From positions 4,036-68,035 of the forward strand of contig JBBTWJ010000014.1 in NCBI GenBank assembly GCA_038062895.1: 64,000 nt of DNA, given 5' to 3'. Positions 9,365-18,466 of the stretch are shown piece after piece. The DNA is from Patescibacteria group bacterium. Its GTDB lineage: Bacteria; Patescibacteriota; Microgenomatia; UBA10105; UBA927. Position 1 is the stretch's first letter; every line of letters starts with the position of its first letter. Under the pieces are notes generated by a model. It worked only from the letters and a program-made list of their open reading frames with translations. It ran no database searches and had not been told where the DNA came from. The position numbers were made by a program, and so were the translations under genes.

Positions 9365-10503
9365 GGCGTATCCCCTGTCCCCTCCGGAAGGCTAAACACA
9401 CGGATTTCAGGAAGTGCCGGACCCATGATGCCCTGGAGTTCGCCGTACATTTTTGCCATATTATCGATAGCCCGATGGATCTGCATCTCACGCTTTTTCC
9501 ACAGCCGCTCCATACTCCGGCGTTCCGTGGATAAATCTTCCTCCATCCCCTTGATGGTTTCCGCATATGCTTCAAACCGGTGCCGGAAGGTGTCGCTACT
9601 GAGATATTGATAAAGAAATTCAAGCTTCTCATCTTTGTTGGCAGCTACCGACCGGGCTTGAGCGACTTGCATGACCGCGCGTCGCAGAAGCTCTGCCAAC
9701 GGTAATACAAATGGATATGTGGTCACGACGACCCCCTCCCGCATGGCAAATGTCCCGATGTCATCCGGTACGCTTTCGCTAATGAGAACGACAATCGTCG
9801 CCCCGGCATTCCTGCCGTCTTCACGAAGTTTGGGAAGCCAACTCGGCGTCCACTTGGCGCGTTTGGTCTCCCAGAGAATGATGCCCGCCGCCTTCCCCGC
9901 CTGATTTTTGACGGTTTGGATGATGTCTGCCCCTTGCGTGCCTTTGCCAACCGGAGCCACATCATCGTAGATAAATGCGGATTTCAGTTTCTCTTCGATA
10001 TTCAGTTCGAGGACTTCCCCCTGCAATTGTTGAGACTTCTGCGCGAGTTTATTTTTGGCATCGTCCAGGGATTTTTTGGTATCGTCCAATTGCTTTTTGA
10101 GCTCCAAGACCTCCATCTGGGATTTCTCACCGAGCGTTTTGGTGAGTTCCTCGTGATTTTTATCAATGGCTTCATTCAGGCGCTTCTCATATTCGAGGCC
10201 GCGCTTCTCGTCCTGATCTTTGAGGTCCCGGATGGATTTATTGAGATCCAGAAGTTGAATCGTGAGCGCTTTATTTTGTTCCCGCAGTTCACCAACCTGG
10301 TTCTCGCGGTCCTTCATCTGGATGGAAACATCCGCCACTGCCTTCTCCCGCGCCGTCTTCTCAACTTCCTCACGCACACGGTCAAGTTCTGCTTTATGGG
10401 AAGCGGCGACCGTATCCTTCACCTGCTCCTCCACTTCATGAAGAAGCGCCTTCGTGATCTCTATTTCGGCACCGCAATGGATACATTTGATGGTAGCTCC
10501 CAT
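9361..10503 (-). CDS. DUF2130 coiled-coil protein
   Basis: IKCIHCG N-terminus, coiled coil, SQQLQGEVLE, GADIIQ, ILWETKR. Confidence 0.8.
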   Translation of the reverse strand: MGATIKCIHCGAEIEITKALLHEVEEQVKDTVAASHKAELDRVREEVEKTAREKAVADVSIQMKDRENQVGELREQNKALTIQLLDLNKSIRDLKDQDEKRGLEYEKRLNEAIDKNHEELTKTLGEKSQMEVLELKKQLDDTKKSLDDAKNKLAQKSQQLQGEVLELNIEEKLKSAFIYDDVAPVGKGTQGADIIQTVKNQAGKAAGIILWETKRAKWTPSWLPKLREDGRNAGATIVVLISESVPDDIGTFAMREGVVVTTYPFVLPLAELLRRAVMQVAQARSVAANKDEKLEFLYQYLSSDTFRHRFEAYAETIKGMEEDLSTERRSMERLWKKREMQIHRAIDNMAKMYGELQGIMGPALPEIRVFSLPEGTGDTP

Positions 10504-10563
10504 AGTAGAGGCATTGTAAACGATTGACACGCGCCGCTCAACCTGCCTATGATAGAAAGAAGC

Positions 10564-11979
10564 ATGAAATATGTAAAAATACTATTCCTCTTGGTCGCCG
10601 TCCTTATCCTCTTCTCCTTCAAATCTCCCTTGGTCGCCGCGCAGGAAAAACTCATCACACCGGATACATTCATGCCGCCGATTCCTCAAGATTCACCCAA
10701 CCTCGGACAGGACCATGCATATTCAGTGTTGCTGCGCGGCAACGGCGATGCGGTCGTCACCATGCGCGCGGCCTTTACCAATGAGGAGCCGACTCCCACA
10801 AACATCTTTTCCCTCCGTATCCCAAGGGTAGAACCCAAACGGGTGAGCGCATTTCAGATCTCCCGCGAGCCGCAGTGCCTGCGTTTCAAACCCTACAATC
10901 CAAGCGACTTGAGTGGACAACCGAATCAGTGCCAGGAATATCAGGATGCCAATTACTTCCAGTGGTATGGCCAGGCGAAGTACCAAAAAGCGACCACACA
11001 ATTTACGGGTGACACGCTCACGATCACCCTCCCTAAGCCGGTACTTCCTGCGAAATCCGGAAGCGTGTTGGTGGTCTTGATGGCCAGCGGATACGCCAAA
11101 AAAGATCCTTTCGGCGCATATAGCTATGCGTTCGAAACATTTCAGGTAGAAAAATCCAGTATCACGAAATCCACAATCGGCATAAGCGTCGACAGCGATC
11201 TCGTTCTTGACGGCGCCAAAGGCACGGTGAATTACCGGTTTAGCGAAACAGAAGCCCTTTCCCTCGCCGCAGGAGCGGAAAAAGAAGCAATGGTCAGTCC
11301 GCAACTTGATCAACTGTACAGTCAAACAGGCTATGGCACGATCACAAAAACCGCTTCCTACCTGGAGCCCCTGGAATCCTATACGGTCAAAGGACGCTAT
11401 GCGGATTCCCTCATCCGGCTGTATGGTAAAGGAATTCTCATAGGATTGGGCATCTTCGCGGCCGTTTTAGTCCTCCTCTTTTTCTTGGGCAGATCTGCCC
11501 TGCGCGCCCTTACTAACCCACGAATCAATGGAGCGACGCCTTCATCCGTGGACGTGATGCTCATGATTGGCGGGAGCTTCCTGTCTGCAGGACTCATCGC
11601 CGTCTATACGGCTGGATTATTTTTCCTGCGCACTACCATCCAGCAAGTTGTCTCGTATGAACTCGTGGGTGTCGTCCTTATTTTAGCGACGATCATCTCG
11701 ATTGGTCTGTACGGATTGCTTCTAATTGCCCCCGCTATCCTCGTGGGCCTCCGGCGCGGACTCGCGTGGGGTATGGGGACATTTGGATTGACTATTCTCT
11801 TTCTCATCATTAACACGTTTATCATGATCCTCACGCTCACACTTCTTTACGGCAACGCAGGCGGACCGATGTATCCTATGATGCGCAGCTCCGGTTCAGC
11901 CGTGAATAACCGTATCGATAGCATCCAGGAAACCCCACCATCCGGAGAATCTTCCCTCCCACTCAAGTCCCCGAAATAA
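10564..11979 (+). CDS. hypothetical membrane protein (signal peptide, extracellular domain, 4 C-terminal TMs)
   Basis: Hydropathy pattern of the ORF. Confidence 0.7.
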   Translation: MKYVKILFLLVAVLILFSFKSPLVAAQEKLITPDTFMPPIPQDSPNLGQDHAYSVLLRGNGDAVVTMRAAFTNEEPTPTNIFSLRIPRVEPKRVSAFQISREPQCLRFKPYNPSDLSGQPNQCQEYQDANYFQWYGQAKYQKATTQFTGDTLTITLPKPVLPAKSGSVLVVLMASGYAKKDPFGAYSYAFETFQVEKSSITKSTIGISVDSDLVLDGAKGTVNYRFSETEALSLAAGAEKEAMVSPQLDQLYSQTGYGTITKTASYLEPLESYTVKGRYADSLIRLYGKGILIGLGIFAAVLVLLFFLGRSALRALTNPRINGATPSSVDVMLMIGGSFLSAGLIAVYTAGLFFLRTTIQQVVSYELVGVVLILATIISIGLYGLLLIAPAILVGLRRGLAWGMGTFGLTILFLIINTFIMILTLTLLYGNAGGPMYPMMRSSGSAVNNRIDSIQETPPSGESSLPLKSPK

Positions 11980-11995
11980 GATAGTATTACTTCGT

Positions 11996-12766
11996 ATGTG
12001 GCGTATCCTTATTGGCATAGTGGTGGTCGGAATCCTCTCCTTGATGTTTCTACAGCCGAAACCCATGCCGGTTGCACCCCAACATCCGTCACCCTCCCCG
12101 ACGATTACTCGTAAGCCTACGCCGCCGGCGCAATCCGTCGACGTTTCGATTGACACCATCACGTATCGCGTCGCCTGGGCACTGGTCCGTGACCTCTCTT
12201 CGTTGACCCTCATCCCCAACTTCACCCAAAAACGCACTGCCCGCTCCCTCATAGATAGCGACGAATGCACATACGTCGTGAGCGGTGGTTTTTATACGAA
12301 GGATGATCAACCGACCGGACTCTTCTCGGCTCAAGGAAAAACCATCCGGACTTCCATCCCGAATAATTTGCTCAACGGATTTTTTTCTATGGATCAGAAT
12401 GATACCGCATCGATTTTGTCGTCGCCGCCTGGAGAATCCGTCCGGCTCGCCCTCCAAACCGGCCCCATCCTATTCCAAAACGGGATGCCGGTCAAACTGG
12501 CTATCCGAGACGATGAATTTGCCCGGCGTGTGGGACTGGGAGTTATGAAAAATGGATCGGTAGTATTCTTTATCATCTACGACCCAGAGAACACCTGGAG
12601 TGGACCGAAGCTTGCTGATATGCCAAATATTTTATCAAAAATTTTACCTCATCTTACTATTACCGATGCCGTCAATCTCGATGGTGGCTCTGCGTCGGCG
12701 TTTATCCGGGATGAGTTTTCTCTTCAGGAACTCACGTCAGTCGGAAGCTTCTTTTGCATCCGGTAA
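11996..12766 (+). CDS. phosphodiester glycosidase (NAGPA/DUF2233) family protein
   Basis: GGFY, QTGPIL, ARR..G and AVNLDGGSAS motifs. Confidence 0.8.
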   Translation: MWRILIGIVVVGILSLMFLQPKPMPVAPQHPSPSPTITRKPTPPAQSVDVSIDTITYRVAWALVRDLSSLTLIPNFTQKRTARSLIDSDECTYVVSGGFYTKDDQPTGLFSAQGKTIRTSIPNNLLNGFFSMDQNDTASILSSPPGESVRLALQTGPILFQNGMPVKLAIRDDEFARRVGLGVMKNGSVVFFIIYDPENTWSGPKLADMPNILSKILPHLTITDAVNLDGGSASAFIRDEFSLQELTSVGSFFCIR

Positions 12767-12767
12767 C

Positions 12768-13748
12768 TTATTGAAGATATTTTTCACTATTCCTATTGTG
12801 TTCTTCCAGGGTCCGCGCGTAATGCACACCGCCTTTTGGATCGTGAAGATAATACCAATAATCACTCTCTTTAGGGCTTATCACGGCCCGGATAGAAGCA
12901 AGACCTGGATTGGCAATCGGCCCCGGTGGAAGTCCCGTATGAAGATACGTGTTATACGGGGATTTCACTTTTTTGTCTTCATCGGTAAGTGACTTTTTCC
13001 ACCACGTCTTTTCCCGTACCTGATAGCCCAGAGCATACTGCAGTGTCGCATCAGCCTGGATAGGCCAGTCTGCTTGTATGCGGTTGAAAAGAATACCGGC
13101 GATTACCGGACGGTCTTCCTCACTTCTCCCCTCCCGCTCAACGATAGAAGCCAGGGTCATGACTTCATCAAAAGATAAACCGGTCTTTTTGGCATCAGAG
13201 CGCATCTTCTCGTCTACCTTTGCCTCAAACGTCGAGAGAAAAAGCCCTGCGACAGCGCCCACCGTGGCATCTTTGGGCATGAGATACGTATCCGGAAACA
13301 TGTAACCTTCACGCGCTACTTTGACAAATTCACTCTCGGGAATATCTAATTCTTTATTGAGTTTCGCCGCCACCTCTTCTACTCGCCAACCTTCCAGTAT
13401 CGTCACCCACACGTCCAACGTCCCGTGTGTGAGCTCACGAGCAAGTTCTCCTGCGTCCATAGTAGGATTCAAACGATAATCCCCGGCTTGGAGATCCCGC
13501 TCAATACCCATGACTTTTACGAGGAGATAAAATCCGGTGGAACTTCGGATAAGTCCCGCAGCCGCAAGTCTGGCAGCAATACTTTTTACCCCTTCGCCGC
13601 GTTGGACAACAAAAATTTTAGGGCTGGTATCCGTAGAATCCACGGGACCTATCGCATCGCGCCACCATGCCCACGAAAAAAGCGCAAGAGCCCCTGCTAC
13701 AGCAAAAAAAAGAAAAAACCGATAAGGATAAGAATTATTTGACTTCAT
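12768..13748 (-). CDS. mltG: endolytic transglycosylase MltG
   Basis: EGYMFPDTY, LASIVEREG, SPYNTY..GLPPGPIANPG. Confidence 0.93.
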   Translation of the reverse strand: MKSNNSYPYRFFLFFAVAGALALFSWAWWRDAIGPVDSTDTSPKIFVVQRGEGVKSIAARLAAAGLIRSSTGFYLLVKVMGIERDLQAGDYRLNPTMDAGELARELTHGTLDVWVTILEGWRVEEVAAKLNKELDIPESEFVKVAREGYMFPDTYLMPKDATVGAVAGLFLSTFEAKVDEKMRSDAKKTGLSFDEVMTLASIVEREGRSEEDRPVIAGILFNRIQADWPIQADATLQYALGYQVREKTWWKKSLTDEDKKVKSPYNTYLHTGLPPGPIANPGLASIRAVISPKESDYWYYLHDPKGGVHYARTLEEHNRNSEKYLQ

Positions 13749-13926
13749 CAAGTGTCGCACGACGAAAGGTATCAGCCTCACTATCGTACATATATACGCG
13801 ACCGCAATGGCACGTTACCCGCGTAAAGCCTTTCCCTGTTTTCTTTTCCAGCAGCCGGCCGCATCCGACGCACTTTCCTTGCGACAGCAACCAGGCCTGG
13901 ACCGGTGAGATAATGTTTTTAAACAT
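13735..13926 (-). CDS. small zinc-ribbon protein
   Basis: CVGCG and CHCGR; overlaps the mltG start. Confidence 0.6.
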   Translation of the reverse strand: MFKNIISPVQAWLLSQGKCVGCGRLLEKKTGKGFTRVTCHCGRVYMYDSEADTFRRATLDEVK

Positions 13927-13932
13927 ACAATG

Positions 13933-13997
13933 AACTCTAAACTTTAAAATGTAAACTTTAAAATTTTAAAAAGTTTGAAGTTTAAAGTTTGAATTTT
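13933..13997. repeat. AT-rich heptamer-based imperfect inverted repeat (AAACTTT/AAAGTTT)
   Basis: Read directly between the AMP phosphorylase stop and the next ATG. Confidence 0.6.
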
Positions 13998-14004
13998 CAA
14001 GTAA

Positions 14005-15264
14005 TCATTCTATCGTATATATGGGTACGTTCTTGATCGTTTCGACGGCTTCAGCAAGTCTCCATTTGTCCGATGAATAGAACGTATATAGTATATCACC
14101 CTTGTCCACCGTTTCCTCGAGCTTACGATCAAGGTACATCCCCGCGCGTTTATCCGTCGGGGATCCCAATATACGGCACACCACGGTGATCTCCTGGTTG
14201 TTGATACGACTCACCCTACCGGACCTCACGCTTTTGACTTCATGGCGGTATTTTCCCAACGCCATGTGGGTACCATCGACATCCGGGTCACCCCCTTGGA
14301 CTTTGATGATCTCCCGCATTTTTTTCATAGCCTGACCGGAAACCAGGATCTCGCGCGCGACTTTTTCTCCATCCATACTTTCTTTACCTTTTGTATCGGC
14401 GAAACAAAGGGAGAGAAGCTTGCCTGCCAGCCGCAATGCCTTCGCTTCGAGAGCCAGCGGCCGCTCCGGATCTTGGGCAAGAACGGCAAACACATCGCGC
14501 ACCTCCAAAACCGGTCCGATGCCGCGACCGGCATTTTCCAGCGCCTCATTGATGTCGGTGACCACCTTTATATCGAACTTACCGGCGAGGAATACAAATT
14601 TACGGGCGATCACCTCGGCATCTTTGAAATGCTGGATTTTCATGGTCGGTCCGACGGGAATATCAAACACCACGTGCGTCGCGCCCGATGCCACTTTTTT
14701 GGCCATAATGGAAACGATGATTTTATCAAAGGATTCAAACGCCAGAGGCGCTTCCACTTGAATGATCACGTCATCGGCGGGAGCCAGCCCCAAGTGACCG
14801 CCCCACACAATACACCCTCCTGCTTTGGCGACAAGTGCTTCAATCTGTTTTGGACTGAATGTGACAGGAGCCACGACCTCCATGGTGTCGGCAGTTCCCG
14901 CCGGCGATGTGATCGCACGGGAAGAAGTTTTCGGAATCTGAAAACCGGCTGCGGCGATGATGGGCACGAGAATCATGGTCGTCCGCGTACCGGCGACTCC
15001 GCCGGTTGAATGTTTATCCGCCACTATTCCGTTAAAATGAAGTTTCGGACCGGTATCCACCATGGCTTTCGCCAAAAAATAGAGTTCTTCATCATTAAAT
15101 CCCTCTTTAAATCCTGCGGCGGCAAAATATGTGGTGAGCACCGGCCCCAGACGCTCGTTGGCAATCTCATCCATGATAGAAAAAATTTCGTGGTAGGAAA
15201 GCGCCTTCCCGGTGAGCTTCTTTTTAATGGCTTCGATGGCAAATTGTTTTGAGCCTGTACTCAT
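14005..15264 (-). CDS. AMP phosphorylase / thymidine phosphorylase family (AMPpase subgroup)
   Basis: DKHSTGGVAG, IPKTSSRAITSPAGTADTME, LGLAPADD, SIMAKK. Confidence 0.88.
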   Translation of the reverse strand: MSTGSKQFAIEAIKKKLTGKALSYHEIFSIMDEIANERLGPVLTTYFAAAGFKEGFNDEELYFLAKAMVDTGPKLHFNGIVADKHSTGGVAGTRTTMILVPIIAAAGFQIPKTSSRAITSPAGTADTMEVVAPVTFSPKQIEALVAKAGGCIVWGGHLGLAPADDVIIQVEAPLAFESFDKIIVSIMAKKVASGATHVVFDIPVGPTMKIQHFKDAEVIARKFVFLAGKFDIKVVTDINEALENAGRGIGPVLEVRDVFAVLAQDPERPLALEAKALRLAGKLLSLCFADTKGKESMDGEKVAREILVSGQAMKKMREIIKVQGGDPDVDGTHMALGKYRHEVKSVRSGRVSRINNQEITVVCRILGSPTDKRAGMYLDRKLEETVDKGDILYTFYSSDKWRLAEAVETIKNVPIYTIE

Positions 15265-16031
15265 ATTTTCTCTAGTCGCGCCCGCACGTTGAGTCTCTTC
15301 CAGTATGTCCCCGGCGGCACACACGTGATAAGCGTCACATAGCTATCATCAAAGCGCTGGGCGAGAGGAGCCAAATCATTGGCCTCTGTGACAATCATCT
15401 CATACACCACGAAACGGTATTCTACTCCATCCAGACGTACAAAAATTTCATCTCCCGTTTTGAGCGTCGGAAGAGTCGAAAATATACTTTTATAATTGGC
15501 AGGATTATAAAATTGTGGCAGCACGGAGTGACCAAAAATGACGGCCGTACCATACTCCCCCGGCAGCCCCGTACCTCCGTAGTGAACGAGGCTTTTGTTG
15601 AGATCGTCACCAGCAATCGTCACGAATGCGTCCTTTATCCGCAATTTGGGAATGGAAAGCGTATAGGCGGTGACGGCAGAAACGATCTTTTTTTGAGGAG
15701 TTCCGGGAAACCAGACATTGGGATTGGTGTAGTCCGGTCCTTTCGTCACAATTTCTTCTATCGATGCGGCACTGGCCATCGGCGAAAGCACACTCATGAC
15801 CCGCGTGGCCGCAAATCCATCCTGCACCGGAGAGACAATCCCAGCAAACTGCGGGGCCGTAAAGAGCATAAATGACACGATCGGCCAAAACGCCCAGGAA
15901 AGAACCGCTAATCCCCCGAGGATGAACACATACGAGAGAACCTTCCGCCGCTCGGGCACTAAGGTCGCGCCCGTATATTCCACGGACACAGGATGTACTG
16001 CTGGCGGTGCTTTAACAAATTGATATGCCAT
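15261..16031 (-). CDS. sortase
   Basis: N-terminal TM; catalytic H (IFGHS), C (VTLITC) and R (KRL). Confidence 0.9.
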   Translation of the reverse strand: MAYQFVKAPPAVHPVSVEYTGATLVPERRKVLSYVFILGGLAVLSWAFWPIVSFMLFTAPQFAGIVSPVQDGFAATRVMSVLSPMASAASIEEIVTKGPDYTNPNVWFPGTPQKKIVSAVTAYTLSIPKLRIKDAFVTIAGDDLNKSLVHYGGTGLPGEYGTAVIFGHSVLPQFYNPANYKSIFSTLPTLKTGDEIFVRLDGVEYRFVVYEMIVTEANDLAPLAQRFDDSYVTLITCVPPGTYWKRLNVRARLEKI

Positions 16032-16044
16032 GGGGCTTATTTTA

Positions 16045-18405
16045 TTATTCCAGTACTGCAACAGAAATGGTGATATTCCCCGCATTTGCTGGCAAATTCT
16101 GGCCCCAAAGTGACCCGGTCACCTTCCCGATTTCTACCCCGCCCACACCACTGATGACTTTGAGTTCCTCCGATACTGCCGTCACCGATTTACCAGCTAA
16201 CTTCTGTTTGATGGCGGGGACATCAAACTCCGGAAGTGCCTGTCCTTGATACCCAACGGCCAAACTAATGCTTCCGTCTTTTTGGAGCTTCACGTTTGTG
16301 GCATTCATACGCTCTCCGGATTTGCGCAGCGTATAACCGGTTGGCACATTGGCAGCCACCAAATCAGCGAACAGTGAGGCGATATCTTCGTCTTTGTAAG
16401 AAACACCAGAAATGGCTACGGTGATACTTCCATGCAGATCGCGGATTTCCTGATCCAGTTCGGCGTCAAACTTTTTTTGTGTCACGGTAGTCTTGATCGT
16501 TTCATCAATCAGCCGCTCGCCTCCCACCACGCTGCTTGCCAATTCCGCTTTCGCTTTTATGATGAGTTCTTTCGTAAGACCGGTGATGAGTGTGTCGTAA
16601 TCAGCACGGGATACGACCGTCACGACTTTACTCGTCCCGCCGGAGATGGCCGCATCATTGCGGGCAACCATCACGCTTGAGGAGGTATCCTTCACGCTAA
16701 ACTCCGTATCTCTCGGGAGATTACTTTGCGGCCCGAGCTTGACTGCGGTGACCGCAGCGTTGGCCTTCCCATAGGTTACGGATCCACTTGCCAAACTTTC
16801 ACTTGCCGAAGCGATAGAAATGTCGGTATCGAGTGTAAAAGAGAGATTACCCGCTACCAAGACCGCGCCTTTTTTAAGCTGTTTACCGGATAACGATTTG
16901 TTGTACACCGTCACCGTGCCTCGGGCCGGATCACCCATATCCTTCTGTCCGGTCACGGCAATCGTTTTTTCTCCGCTCACGGTCTTCTCCTGTTTTTGCC
17001 CGGGAACGATTTTACTGGAGGCATCCACGAGGGTCGCCGTGGGACTCACGGTCACCGATGATGTTTCGATGATGATCTTGGGCACTTGCAAAATAGTGAT
17101 ACTTGTCTTTGGCAATACCCAATACGTCAGCCACCCGCCAACACCCACAAGAAGGACAACAATGAACAGGACAAAAAATCCAGTCTTCGGAATTGCGATG
17201 GAACGCTCCCGCGGCGCGTGTACACGGGAAACAAAACGGGATATTGTTTCTCGCAACTCCTCCCCTTTCCCCTTTTTCTCTCCTTCTATAATCTCGACGG
17301 TCTCCTGAATTACTTTTTTCTCGGCTTCCGGCGGATGTTCTAATATATCGACATTCTCCCGGAATCCAAGAACTTCAGGAGCTACCTCGACGAGGTTATC
17401 ATCCGCCTCATTGCTCTCGTTTTCTAACGCACCGGAATCAATGACATCATCCTCTATGACTTCCGGCTCCTGGGTCGCATCCGCTTCCTCCGTATGTTCG
17501 TCTTCGGATTCAACTTCGCCAACCGGTATGGATTCTTCAATTTTTTCTCCCTGTTCTGCCTCTTTTTTTACTGGCGTTCCTGGTCTTGCTGGTGTTGATG
17601 GGCTTACTCGCGTCGCTGGTGTTGCTTGCGTTACCGCTTCCTTCCCTACCTGCGTCGCCAATTCGCTCGCCCCGGCTAAAGAAACCGCTCCGGCAAGAGA
17701 CAAAAGGGGCAGTATTTCAATCTTGGGATAATGAAGAAAATTCGCCCGCGTGGGCCACGGGTGCTTCAGAAGATCACGCTTATACCCCTCGAGGGTCTCC
17801 TGGACGGAGCCATATAAAAGCACTCGGGAGGGCAGCACTTCAAGCTCCTTAAATCCTTTCAGTGCCCGCTCAAGCTCCGCGACGAGATCGTCATTTGCGA
17901 TATGCACTCTCCCCACGATCACCCCTACTTTATAGAGAATAACCGTGGTTTTATCCGGACCGGCCTCCAAAAGTATGGCACTCGTCGGCACTCCTTCTTC
18001 CTGACGCATCGCGTGGATGACCGCCTGATGAATGGGGACAAAGCCTATGGGAGTCAATTCCAGCTCTTCCGTAATAGTTTTGATGTGTCCGCGTACATCG
18101 CTGGCGATATCATCTTCCGAAGTCAGATAATAGACCGGTAATCCGAGCACGACTTTTTCAAAATCATCCCGACCTTCTTTTTCCGCGAGTCTGGCAATCG
18201 CGCGATCACATGCTTCTAACCGCTTTTCCCAAGAGTTTCCGGCTAGCTCTTCGATCACGGCTTCGCTGACATGAGGCTTCTTGCCCGTTGTAAGCGTCCA
18301 TACCGCAGCCTGCACCGAGCCCGCCTCGAGCACTAAAGAAAGGTACGCTTCCTGCCGCTCTGGGGGCTTATGAAGAAATTGATTGAATACATCGGGAAAC
18401 TTCAT
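16045..18405 (-). CDS. membrane protein: degenerate actin-like (FtsA/PilM) N-terminus, acidic linker, TM, baseplate-J-like C-terminus
   Basis: ARGTVTVYN..L..G.......F.L...., VTAVKLGPQSNL, ISGG....VVS..D resemble the baseplate J/gp47-like region; N-terminal assignment is tentative. Confidence 0.6.
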   Translation of the reverse strand: MKFPDVFNQFLHKPPERQEAYLSLVLEAGSVQAAVWTLTTGKKPHVSEAVIEELAGNSWEKRLEACDRAIARLAEKEGRDDFEKVVLGLPVYYLTSEDDIASDVRGHIKTITEELELTPIGFVPIHQAVIHAMRQEEGVPTSAILLEAGPDKTTVILYKVGVIVGRVHIANDDLVAELERALKGFKELEVLPSRVLLYGSVQETLEGYKRDLLKHPWPTRANFLHYPKIEILPLLSLAGAVSLAGASELATQVGKEAVTQATPATRVSPSTPARPGTPVKKEAEQGEKIEESIPVGEVESEDEHTEEADATQEPEVIEDDVIDSGALENESNEADDNLVEVAPEVLGFRENVDILEHPPEAEKKVIQETVEIIEGEKKGKGEELRETISRFVSRVHAPRERSIAIPKTGFFVLFIVVLLVGVGGWLTYWVLPKTSITILQVPKIIIETSSVTVSPTATLVDASSKIVPGQKQEKTVSGEKTIAVTGQKDMGDPARGTVTVYNKSLSGKQLKKGAVLVAGNLSFTLDTDISIASASESLASGSVTYGKANAAVTAVKLGPQSNLPRDTEFSVKDTSSSVMVARNDAAISGGTSKVVTVVSRADYDTLITGLTKELIIKAKAELASSVVGGERLIDETIKTTVTQKKFDAELDQEIRDLHGSITVAISGVSYKDEDIASLFADLVAANVPTGYTLRKSGERMNATNVKLQKDGSISLAVGYQGQALPEFDVPAIKQKLAGKSVTAVSEELKVISGVGGVEIGKVTGSLWGQNLPANAGNITISVAVLE

Positions 18406-18466
18406 CACTATCCATTCTAGACTGCCCGTACCACCGTGTAAAGAAAATGGTTACTTTGTCACTTTA

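Noticed and set aside
3873-18405. Prophage (Bro-N, KilA-N, excisionase-like HTH, baseplate-J-like genes)
   Set aside because: No integrase, terminase, capsid or tail genes, and the genes are interspersed with housekeeping loci
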